DNA of 12,055 nt, the filler included, from an uncultured Gemmatimonadota bacterium (GTDB lineage: Bacteria; Blakebacterota; Blakebacteria; Blakebacterales; Blakebacteraceae): the NCBI GenBank assembly GCA_964576115.1. It is 7 parts of 7 records of this genome, joined end to end, with 100 filler letters (N's around TTAATTAATTAA, not from the genome) between each part and the next. Parts side by side here need not be neighbours in the genome. Positions count along the whole stretch, not along the records: positions 1 to 1,744 come from CAZNUA010000138.1; positions 1,845 to 3,564 come from CAZNUA010000139.1; positions 3,665 to 5,346 come from CAZNUA010000140.1; positions 5,447 to 7,110 come from CAZNUA010000141.1; positions 7,211 to 8,822 come from CAZNUA010000142.1; 2 more parts are not named here. One strand, given 5' to 3'. Positions 1 through 7,212 of this stretch are shown here, one piece after another. The position numbers and the translations under genes were made by a program. The notes below the pieces were generated by a model. That model saw only the letters and a list, made by a program, of their open reading frames with translations. It did not search any database and was not told where the DNA came from. The number at the start of each line of letters is the position of its first letter. The first letter of the stretch is position 1.

Positions 1-1
1 C

Positions 2-832
2 GTCGTGGATGTCGTCTGCAGTGTGGCCGGTCTGCGCGAACTGGGTCCCGAACGGGTCATTGCCACTCCTCCCCGTGAAGGGTACGGCGAGGTGCAGGCG
101 AGCCACGGAACCCTGCCGGTACCGGTGCCGGCGACCCTGGTTCTGCTCGAAGGGGTCGAGCTGGAACGCATTGCGGTCGAAGGCGAACTCGTCACCCCCA
201 CCGGCGCCGCTCTGCTCGTCACCCTGGCCGATGAAATCACCCGCACCTTCACGATCCGCCCCGAGCGCATCGGGTACGGGGCGGGCTCGCGCGATCTGCC
301 CGGGCGGCCCAACCTTCTGCGCGGCATCCTGGGCGAGAGTGAATCCCCGACAGCCGGTGGCAGAGACGAGGTCGTCGTCCTCGAAACCGTGGTGGACGAT
401 GCGGTACCCGAAATCTGGCCCCGGGTGATCGAGAAACTGATCGAGGCCGGCGCTCGTGACGCCTGGCTGACACCAGTTATGATGAAGAAGGGCCGGCCGG
501 GGGTTCAGCTGACGGCTCTGGCCGAACCCGGCCGGGAGGCCGAGATCGCCCGGTTGATATTCTCCGAATCGCCGACCCTCGGTCTGCGTCTGAGCCGGAC
601 AGAACGGATCGTCACACTCAGGGCGGCCGGAACTCTGAGAACTCGCCTGGGTCCCATAGAGATCAAACTCTCCCGGATCTCGGCCGATCAGGCCTGGGAG
701 ATACACCCGGAATTCGAGGCCTGCCGGGCGGCCGCGGACCGCCACGGCCTCAGCCTGCGCCAGGTCTATGCCGAGATCGCACGGGCCGGTGCCGAGCCGG
801 AGGCCCTCGAGGTGGAGGAGGCCGAGTCATGA
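2..832 (+). CDS. larC: Nickel-pincer cofactor biosynthesis protein LarC (nickel insertase), 5'-truncated by the window edge; LarC1 and LarC2 parts in one frame
   Basis: Frame is open from position 2 (VVDVV, matching the family IVDIVG motif). Diagnostic motifs: HGTLPVPVPAT, GELVTPTGAA, IGYGAGSRD, PNLLR, LETVVDD, TPVMMKKGRPG, ESPTLGLR, PEFEAC. Stop TGA at 830-832. Confidence 0.93.
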   Translation, partial: VVDVVCSVAGLRELGPERVIATPPREGYGEVQASHGTLPVPVPATLVLLEGVELERIAVEGELVTPTGAALLVTLADEITRTFTIRPERIGYGAGSRDLPGRPNLLRGILGESESPTAGGRDEVVVLETVVDDAVPEIWPRVIEKLIEAGARDAWLTPVMMKKGRPGVQLTALAEPGREAEIARLIFSESPTLGLRLSRTERIVTLRAAGTLRTRLGPIEIKLSRISADQAWEIHPEFEACRAAADRHGLSLRQVYAEIARAGAEPEALEVEEAES

Positions 833-1744
833 CGGCACGATCGCTCGTCCGCAGGGGCCTCCTGCCGCTCCTCCTCGCCCTGCTCCTGCCCGCCGGCGCC
901 CGGGCGCAGGACGCCCACCCGGATGCGGGGAGCAAGGCCGGGGTGCAGTTTCTCAAGCTCGGACACGGTCCGGCCGGTGCGGCCCTGGCCGACGGTCTGA
1001 CCGCCTGGCGGGGCACGGCCGAGGCGGTGCACTGGAACCCGGCCGCCGTGGTCGGCAGTCCAACCGGCGACGGAGCCTGGCAGGAGATCAGTCTGGCCGG
1101 AGCAACCCTCTACGGCGATGAACGGCTGACCTCTCTCATCTGGGGACGGGGTTCCGCCCGGGGCGGCATCGCCTGCGAGGTGTCCTACAGCGGTATCTCC
1201 GGGATCGAGGTCCGCGACGGTCCCACCGCCGAACCGCTGGCGCTGACCTCGGCGCACGACATTGCCGCCGCACTCACCGGCGGTCTGAGCTTTTCTGGAG
1301 GGCTGTCGATCGGGATCTCGGTCCGGGGCCTGTACGAGAAACTGTACCGCTACGATGCTTTCGGAGCTGCGCTCGATGCCGGTCTGCAGCTTCCTCTGCC
1401 CGGTTCCGAGGGACTCCTGCGGGCGGGGCTGGCGGTGCGCAACCTGGGCCGGATGGGGCGTCTGGACCAGGAACGGCTGCAGCTGCCCTGGAGCGTGGCG
1501 GGCGGAATCGCCCTGGCCCGCCCCCTGACATTCGGCTCGGTGACAGTACGGGCCGGGGCCGATCTCTGGAAACCCTCCGACGACTGGGCCCAGTTCCGCT
1601 TCGGGGTCCAGGCCCGCAGCTCCCCGCTCATTTTCCGGGCGGGCACCCGGCAGGGGAAGAACTGGCATATCGTTACCGCCGGTCTCGGCCTCTGTTTCGG
1701 GGCCTGGACCATCGATTACTCCTACGAGTACGATCCCGATACCA
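829..1744 (+). CDS. PorV/PorQ-like (UPF0164-type) outer-membrane beta-barrel protein, 3'-truncated at the spacer
   Basis: GGAGGAGG RBS at 814-821 and ATG overlapping the larC stop (ATGA 829-832). Signal peptide (RRGLLPLLLALLLPAGARA|Q), plug-like motif AGVQFLKLGHG...A.A.A...AVHWNPAA, then alternating amphipathic strands (AALDAGLQ, GLAVRNLG, AGLGL, IDYSY). Confidence 0.8.
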
Positions 1745-1844
1745 NNNNNNNNNNNNNNNNNNNNNNNNNNNNNNNNNNNNNNNNNNNNTTAATTAATTAA
1801 NNNNNNNNNNNNNNNNNNNNNNNNNNNNNNNNNNNNNNNNNNNN
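1745..1844. other. Artificial contig spacer (44 N + TTAATTAATTAA + 44 N)
   Basis: Exactly 100 bp; the palindromic 12-mer puts stop codons in all six frames; identical to five other spacers. Confidence 0.99.
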
Positions 1845-1845
1845 G

Positions 1846-1890
1846 CTGGTTCGCAAGAACCCCATCGAGGAACTGCAGCAGCCCGAATGA
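1846..1890 (+). CDS. Probable 3' tail of an unidentified gene (LVRKNPIEELQQPE*), convergent with the symporter
   Basis: Open frame from the contig edge with mostly G/C third positions. Its TGA (1888-1890) directly abuts the symporter stop on the other strand (1891-1893). Too short to assign. Confidence 0.4.
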   Translation: MVRKNPIEELQQPE

Positions 1891-3480
1891 TCAGCCGAGC
1901 AGGCGGGGCAGCAGAAGCAGGACGCCGATGATCACGAGCGCGTAGAGAGCGAGACCGGCCCAGCTCCTCTTCCAGATCTCTTTCTCGGCCGGCACTTCGA
2001 AGCGTGCCCGCAATCCCGCTCCGGCCGGACCGGGCCGCGGCGGGTGTCTCCCGACGATCATCACCGCTGCAGCCGTCACGAAACCGAAGAGATTCCACCA
2101 CAACCACGACACCCCGGGAGCGAAGAACCACAGGCTCAGGTTCAGCGCGACGCCGAGGACGAGTCCGCCGATCGCTTTACCGGGGTTAACCCGGTTCGAG
2201 ATCAGGCCCGTCACGAAAACAGCCAGGACCGGTCCGTAAAAGGCCGAACCGATCTTGTTGATGCTTTCGATGATGGTGGGAGAGATATCATCGACCAGAA
2301 AGGCGAAGCCGACGCAGAAGACGCCCCAGAGCAGGGTGAGGATTTTCGAGCGCCGCATTGCGGCGCGCCCGGTGAGAGGCCGACGCATCAACGGCCGCCA
2401 GATATCCTCGAGAGTAGCGGCGCTCAGGCTGTTGATGGCCGAATCCAGACTCGACATCGCCGCGGCCAGGATGGCCACGAAGACGAAACCGGTCAATCCC
2501 GGGGGCAGGTTGTCGCGCACGAAGACCGGTACCAGGTAGTCGATATTTCCGCCGGGCAGGTTCGCCGTGAAACCGGGTTCGGATGCCACCCAGGCCGCCA
2601 TGACGAGTCCGACCGTGCAGTACAGCAGGACAACAGGGAACCGGGCCAGTCCGTTGAAGAGCAGCGATCCCTTGCAGGCATCGAGCGAACGCGCCGCGAG
2701 TTCGCGCTGGACCTGGCTCTGATCGGTCCCGTAGTAGGCCAGATAGAGAAAAAACCCGCCCAGCAGCAGGGGCCAGAATCCATAGTCGCGACCGTCGCCC
2801 AGGCCGTGGGCCGAAAAATCGAGGGCTTGCAGACGGACCGGATCCACCGCCTCCCGGACCGCCCCCCACCCTCCGACCGCACTCAGAGCCACTGCGCCCA
2901 CGATGACGATCCCCACCAGCAGGACGATCATCTGAATGGTGTCGGAGAGAATATCCACGTGGATTCCGCCGAAGAGCTCGTAGACGAGTGCCACCACCCC
3001 GACCAGCAGAATGGTCAGCGACAGCGGCAGACCGGTGGTGACGGCGATCACCAGCGAAGCGGCATAGACCATGACCCCGGCCGCCAGCGCCCGGCTGATC
3101 TGAAATACCAGACTCACCACCACCCGCACGCGGCGATCGTAGCGCCGCTCGAGCACCTCGTAGACACTCACTACCCGCAGAGAGTGAAAGACAGGAAAGA
3201 GTCCCGCCATCAGAACGATCATGGCCAGCGGCACGGCCATCTCATACCCCAGCCAGATCAAGCCGCCCCCCGGGCGCAGGGCAACGAAGGCGGGGGCCGA
3301 AATGAAGGAAACCGCACTCAGCTGGGTGGCCATGGTCGAAACCCCGATCGGAAACCAGCCGAGGCGGCGGCCGGCGAGGTAGTAATCCTCGCTCGAGTGC
3401 TGACGCCGCCCCACCCACCAGCCCAACCCGATCATGCCGAGGGCATATGCGGCGATGACGCTCCAATCCAGAGCGGTCAT
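1891..3480 (-). CDS. Sodium:solute symporter (SSS/SLC5 family, NIS/SMVT-like branch), complete, 529 aa
   Basis: Start MTALDW at ATG 3480 with AGGAG RBS, not 3564 as in the ORF track. Motifs DYYLAGR, STMATQLSAVSFISAP, YEVLERRY, SDTIQM, YYGTDQSQVQR, AAAMSSLDSAINSLS; many hydrophobic helices. Confidence 0.95.
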   Translation of the reverse strand: MTALDWSVIAAYALGMIGLGWWVGRRQHSSEDYYLAGRRLGWFPIGVSTMATQLSAVSFISAPAFVALRPGGGLIWLGYEMAVPLAMIVLMAGLFPVFHSLRVVSVYEVLERRYDRRVRVVVSLVFQISRALAAGVMVYAASLVIAVTTGLPLSLTILLVGVVALVYELFGGIHVDILSDTIQMIVLLVGIVIVGAVALSAVGGWGAVREAVDPVRLQALDFSAHGLGDGRDYGFWPLLLGGFFLYLAYYGTDQSQVQRELAARSLDACKGSLLFNGLARFPVVLLYCTVGLVMAAWVASEPGFTANLPGGNIDYLVPVFVRDNLPPGLTGFVFVAILAAAMSSLDSAINSLSAATLEDIWRPLMRRPLTGRAAMRRSKILTLLWGVFCVGFAFLVDDISPTIIESINKIGSAFYGPVLAVFVTGLISNRVNPGKAIGGLVLGVALNLSLWFFAPGVSWLWWNLFGFVTAAAVMIVGRHPPRPGPAGAGLRARFEVPAEKEIWKRSWAGLALYALVIIGVLLLLPRLLG

Positions 3481-3563
3481 GTCCGGTCTCCTGAGCCGAG
3501 CACCTCTGTGAGCCGCCGGCGCATCCGTTCCACATGCGAGCCCGACCAGTAGATGCGTCCGCA
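3477..3563 (-). CDS. 3' end of a Mut7-C RNase domain (PIN-like with zinc ribbon) protein, 5'-truncated
   Basis: Manual translation gives CGRIYWSGSHVERMRRRLTEVLGSGDRT*, matching the Mut7-C C-terminal signature CxxCG(K/R)xYWxGSH. Stop overlaps the symporter start (ATGA). Not in the ORF track. Confidence 0.8.
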   Translation of the reverse strand, partial: CGRIYWSGSHVERMRRRLTEVLGSGDRT

Positions 3564-3564
3564 C

Positions 3565-3664
3565 NNNNNNNNNNNNNNNNNNNNNNNNNNNNNNNNNNNN
3601 NNNNNNNNTTAATTAATTAANNNNNNNNNNNNNNNNNNNNNNNNNNNNNNNNNNNNNNNNNNNN
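3565..3664. other. Artificial contig spacer
   Basis: 44 N + TTAATTAATTAA + 44 N. Confidence 0.99.
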
Positions 3665-4914
3665 ATGGTGGAATCCCGCTGCCAGGGAGCGATGGCTGCT
3701 TCTCCCAGAGGCTTGAGCCGGGCGGTGTTCTCTCTCAGGCTCTCGGAGAGCCGGCCGGAGGCAGTGACGATCGCATCCAGTCGCGCCTGAGCCTGCTCGA
3801 TCGTGACGTCCGGGTGCAGGCGCCCGATGATCTCGACCCAGTTCATTCTGCTGGTAACGATGTCATACCGCACTTCGGGGGCGTCGATGGTTCGCCTCAT
3901 CACCGCCGGGATCCAGACATCGACGCTGCTCTCGTGAATCGTACCGGTGAAGCCTCTTTCGGCAATACCGACGACGGTGTAGATCGTGCCGCTCAGGTCG
4001 ACTTCTCGGCCGACGACGCCCTCGTCACAATCGTACTGACACTGCCAGAAATCCCAGCTCAGGACGGCGACGGCACGGCCCCCCTCGGTGAGGTTGTCCT
4101 CGGGCAGCAGGAGCCGCCCCGCCGCCGGCCGGATGCCGAGCAGCGAGAAGTAGTTGCCCGTGACCAGGCCGGTCTTGATCCGGGTGGCGACCGGACCGGA
4201 GCGCAGGAAGAGAGGTTTCGTGGAACTCTGCCCGTAAAAGAACTCGTCACGGGCGGCCAGTTCCATGAACGGCTCGCAGGCCTCCGTGAGAACCAGGTAA
4301 TCCAGATAGGAGTGATTGCCGCCCTCGCCCTTGTACACAATGACGGCGCTTTCCGGATCCTCGATCGCGAGCGGCTTGAAGAGCAATCCGTTGGTCAGGC
4401 TGAAGATGGTGGTGGCGGCACCGAGTCCGATCGCCAGCGAGAGCACCGCCAGCACCGTAAAACCCGGCCGGCGGCGCAGCATGCGCGCGGCCAGACGCAG
4501 ATCACGGCCCAGATCGGCCAGTGCCTCGCCGAAGCGGCCGGCTCCTGCCCGCAGCTCTTCCTCCCGGCCCTCGAGCCACCGGTCGGCCTCGACGCCGCGG
4601 TGCGATCCCACGCTGCCGACGATATCGGCGGTCAGCTCCTCCCAGTCGTCGACCAGTTCGAGGGCGTCCGCGACGGCCTCGTCCTCGGTCACTCCCCGGG
4701 CGCGGGCGTCCCGGTAGCAGTCCTCCATCTGGGCGGCAACCTCGTCGATGACCGAATCGGTGTCGCGCCGGGCCAGGGCGGGCAGGGTGAGCCGGTCGCG
4801 GACGAGCCGGCTGAAGTCGGGCTTGTCGCGATCGAGGTGATCGCTGTCTGATTGAACTCCCTCGGGCTGTTGCTGCCCGGACCTGCCGCGATCGGGGAAC
4901 GTGCGCTCAGGCAT
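3665..4914 (-). CDS. ABC transporter permease, ADOP (duplicated orphan permease)/MacB-like, N-terminal part; 3'-truncated
   Basis: Start MPERTF at ATG 4914 with GGAGG RBS, overlapping the padR stop. Permease-prefix helix region (DEVAAQMED...GVTEDEA), DLRLAARMLRRRPGFT, LAIGLGAATTIFS, VTGNYFSLLG, YTVVGIA, GRLHPDVTIEQAQA. Confidence 0.92.
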
Positions 4915-5239
4915 TGTTCGCCTCCAGGATGGTATTGACGGCTGTCGTGAACTCATCCCAGTACTCGCGCTGTTCGGCCAGAATCTCTTCGCCCCGGGCG
5001 GTGAGGTGATAGTAGCGGCGCCGATGGGTGCCCGTCTTCTCGACCCAGCGTCCCTTGATCCAGCCCCGTTTCTCCATGCGGCAGAGGACCGGGTAGAGCG
5101 AGGAGATGCGGAAGCGCAGTTTCCCCCCCGACTGCTTCTCGATCAGCTTGCCGATGTCGTACCCGTGACGAGGCTGGTCGGTCAGAAAGCTGAGAACGAG
5201 CAGCTCCATGCTGCCCTTTTTCAGAACCGTCCGGAACAT
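4907..5239 (-). CDS. PadR-family transcriptional regulator (type found with ADOP permeases), about 110 aa
   Basis: KKGSMELLVL, HGYDI, SLYPVLCRME, GWIKGRW, RRRYYHLTARG. Start placed at ATG 5239 because GGAGG (5245-5249) lies 5 nt upstream; alternative ATG at 5251. Confidence 0.95.
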   Translation of the reverse strand: MFRTVLKKGSMELLVLSFLTDQPRHGYDIGKLIEKQSGGKLRFRISSLYPVLCRMEKRGWIKGRWVEKTGTHRRRYYHLTARGEEILAEQREYWDEFTTAVNTILEANNA

Positions 5240-5263
5240 GGCGGCCTCCATTTATGCGCCGGT

Positions 5264-5289
5264 AAAGTATGTTTCACTGGAGTATAAAA
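5264..5289 (-). promoter_or_regulatory. Candidate padR promoter -10 (TATACT at 5281-5286) in an AT-rich patch; possible autoregulatory site
   Basis: Minus strand reads TTTTATACTCCAGTGAAACATACTTT, with ATACT twice, 25-50 bp upstream of padR. No convincing -35. Confidence 0.35.
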
Positions 5290-5346
5290 CGACGGTCGGG
5301 CCGAGAAAGTTGCATCTTCCCGTCACGTTCTCTTGCGGATTCGGAT

Positions 5347-5446
5347 NNNNNNNNNNNNNNNNNNNNNNNNNNNNNNNNNNNNNNNNNNNNTTAATTAATT
5401 AANNNNNNNNNNNNNNNNNNNNNNNNNNNNNNNNNNNNNNNNNNNN
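5347..5446. other. Artificial contig spacer
   Basis: 44 N + TTAATTAATTAA + 44 N. Confidence 0.99.
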
Positions 5447-5448
5447 GA

Positions 5449-5544
5449 AGGTGGATTGAACTCGAAATCAAACTCGCGAAGTTCAGGCGCAGCAGTTCAT
5501 CTGGTAGGGGGCAGATCGCGAAGAAGCAGAAGGAGGCCCAATAA
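5449..5544 (+). CDS. Possible 3' tail of an unidentified lower-GC gene (RWIELEIKLAKFRRSSSSGRGQIAKKQKEAQ*)
   Basis: Frame open from the contig edge to TAA at 5542-5544, followed by an AT-rich stretch. No recognisable motif. Confidence 0.35.
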   Translation, partial: RWIELEIKLAKFRRSSSSGRGQIAKKQKEAQ

Positions 5545-5648
5545 GGTCTATCTGCATATAGAACAAGAAGTTACAGAATGACAGATATTTATGGATTAGC
5601 TATGCCAAATGCTGGGGAATGTGAGCCTTACCCATTCCGCTCCAGGAT

Positions 5649-5906
5649 TTACTCCCCTCCCTCGCCGCGGCAGAAGGTCTCGTAATCCTCGACGTCAAGC
5701 CTGCTGCCGATGACGAGGGGCGTGCGCTGATGCAGGCTCTCGGGGGTGAGGTCGAGGATGGGAGTGGTGCCGGTCGTGGCCCGGCCGCCGGCGTTCTCGA
5801 CCACGAAGGCCAGCGGTGCGGCCTCATACACGAGCCGCAGTTTGCCCTGCGTACGATCGGGATCCTTCGCGTCTTCCGGGTACAGGAAGATCCCGCCGTA
5901 GAGCAG
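5649..5906 (-). pseudogene. fbp: C-terminal 85 aa of class 1 fructose-1,6-bisphosphatase; the 5' part is missing inside the contig
   Basis: LLYGGIFLYP, GKLRLVYEAAPLAFVVENAGG, ILDLTPESLHQRTPLVIGS are diagnostic. Upstream of 5906 this frame loses FBPase similarity (no RYxGSMVAD). May be an assembly or amplification chimera rather than a true pseudogene. Confidence 0.88.
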
Positions 5907-6100
5907 ACATGGGTGGCGTCGGCATACTGCCGCTCGTATTCCTCGATCAGCGTTCGAGCCCGATCGCGGTCGGCACACGGCTCGCAGAACGCCAGAAAAC
6001 GGCTGTCCTTGACCCTGATCTGCTCCCTGGCGCAGGCGGCGGGAGTCAGGAAATCATCGGTCCGCTCATCCGGGCCGCCGCCGCTCCGGGATCCGCTCAT
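5903..6100 (-). pseudogene. yigZ: N-terminal 66 aa of a YigZ/IMPACT (UPF0029) family protein; the rest is missing inside the contig
   Basis: ATG 6100 overlaps the upstream stop (ATGA). EQIRVKDSRFLA and YADATHVC match the YigZ motifs (I/V)KxS(K/R)F and DATHxC. The expected DDGEP..TAG motif never follows. Confidence 0.85.
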
Positions 6101-6816
6101 GGCGACCGGTCCCCGGCCGGTCCGATATCTGTCAGAGCCTGCCCCACCGCAGCGACCAGCTCGGGATGCCGGGCGCTGCGACGCAGCCGGTCCTGCAGGC
6201 GGATCAGATCGTCGGTGTCGCGCACTTCCCGCCAGCTCGGTACGTATACGGTCGAAAGCCCTGCCTGCGCGGCCCGCCGCAGGGTGGCGGGCAGAACCCG
6301 TTCGGAACCGACCTGTACTCCAACGAAGAGTTCGGGGGCCGGCACGCGCAGACCGAGCAGGCAGTAGCGCCCCCTGCCCGCCGGCCCCAGGACCAGATCG
6401 TACTTTTCGAGCAGGCGGGCGGCCGAGAGGACGAAGGCCAGGGGCAGGTCGGGAAAACCGCACCGGATGACGATCGCGAGCCGGGCCCCGCCCCGGAAAG
6501 CGCGCTCCACCGCTCCGGCGATCCGCTCGCTCTCATTCTGGCCCTCGACCGCCCACAGGGGCAGGCGGGAGTCGATCAGCTCGCGGGCCCGGCCGACCGA
6601 CCCGGCGGGGTACACCAGGCCCACCGGAGCCAGCAGGGGCCGGGCCTCGAGAGCCCGGGCGGCCGCCGCCTGGACAAAACAGTTCTGCAGAACCCGGGCC
6701 CGGGCCTCGCCGAGGCGCTCCGCCAGGGCGGCCAACGCCGTCGAGGGAGGGGAGAGGTTGAACGATGTGAGCAGGGCCCGCCGCTCGATGAGCGCCGGGC
6801 CCTCGCCGCCGATCAC
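6097..6816 (-). CDS. Divergent DUF2064/TIGR04282-like (CofC-related nucleotidyl/glycosyltransferase fold) protein; start uncertain
   Basis: Collinear with the family: LAERLGEARA, GQNESERIAGA, FPDLP, DLVLGPA..G.YCLLGL, PELFVGV..GSERVL..TL..A, DTDDL. Start placed at GTG 6816 because 6848-6942 of the track ORF overlaps the hydrolase; no clear RBS. Confidence 0.72.
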   Translation of the reverse strand: MIGGEGPALIERRALLTSFNLSPPSTALAALAERLGEARARVLQNCFVQAAAARALEARPLLAPVGLVYPAGSVGRARELIDSRLPLWAVEGQNESERIAGAVERAFRGGARLAIVIRCGFPDLPLAFVLSAARLLEKYDLVLGPAGRGRYCLLGLRVPAPELFVGVQVGSERVLPATLRRAAQAGLSTVYVPSWREVRDTDDLIRLQDRLRRSARHPELVAAVGQALTDIGPAGDRSP

Positions 6817-6847
6817 AGCCGCCGGAAGTCGCGTCAGGGGTGGGCCC

Positions 6848-7074
6848 CTATTCGAGGGTGAAGGTCCCGCCGATCTCGAGCACCACCGGTGTGATGCCGA
6901 GTTTTTCGACCCCCGCGGCAAACTGCTGCGGATCGGTCGCAATCAGGTCCCAGGTGCCGTAGTGCATCGGTATCGCGGTCTTCGGTTTCAGGTACTCGGC
7001 CGCTGTTACGGCGTCGTCGATCCCCATGGTGAAATTGTCGCCGATGGGCAGGAAGGCCAGGTCGCCGTGATCAT
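6848..7074 (-). pseudogene. UPF0173 metal-dependent hydrolase (metallo-beta-lactamase fold): C-terminal 71 aa, preceded by an out-of-frame probable N-terminus (MITATW)
   Basis: [38 protein letters not shown] is diagnostic (7063 to TAG 6848). RBS GAGGAG plus ATG at 7074 encodes MITATW in another frame. The HxHxDH core is absent. Confidence 0.8.
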
Positions 7075-7080
7075 CGATTC

Positions 7081-7110
7081 TCACTCCTCTTCTCGGTCGG
7101 TGCTCTTCGG
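7081..7110 (-). CDS. Possible last codons of an upstream gene (PKSTDREEE*)
   Basis: Open frame from the contig edge to TGA at 7083-7081, containing the GAGGAG RBS for ATG 7074. An alternative reading is given in findings. Confidence 0.3.
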   Translation of the reverse strand, partial: PKSTDREEE

Positions 7111-7210
7111 NNNNNNNNNNNNNNNNNNNNNNNNNNNNNNNNNNNNNNNNNNNNTTAATTAATTAANNNNNNNNNNNNNNNNNNNNNNNNNNNNNNNNNN
7201 NNNNNNNNNN
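7111..7210. other. Artificial contig spacer
   Basis: 44 N + TTAATTAATTAA + 44 N. Confidence 0.99.
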
Positions 7211-7212
7211 TG

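Noticed and set aside
320..380. Programmed frameshift between larC1 and larC2, as in Lactobacillus plantarum
   Set aside because: The two parts are joined in one frame by ESESPTAGGRDE, with no stop or slippery site.
766..1668. 300-aa minus ORF, and similar long antisense ORFs at 3814-4851, 6166-6861, 7768-8355 and 9040-9717
   Set aside because: All lie opposite well-supported genes and lack motifs; expected in high-GC DNA.
2044..3552. 502-aa + strand ORF antisense to the symporter
   Set aside because: Shadow ORF in codon register with a GC3-rich membrane-protein gene; composition (many D, H, Q, R) mirrors antisense hydrophobic codons and there is no motif.
5895..5915. Programmed frameshift producing a YigZ-FBPase fusion protein
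   Set aside because: No slippery heptamer at the junction, and both parts lack most of their catalytic domains.
5600..6463. 287-aa minus ORF as a novel single protein
   Set aside because: Only 6100-5903 is real (YigZ N-terminus). The rest is alternate-frame reading of the DUF2064-like and fbp sequences.
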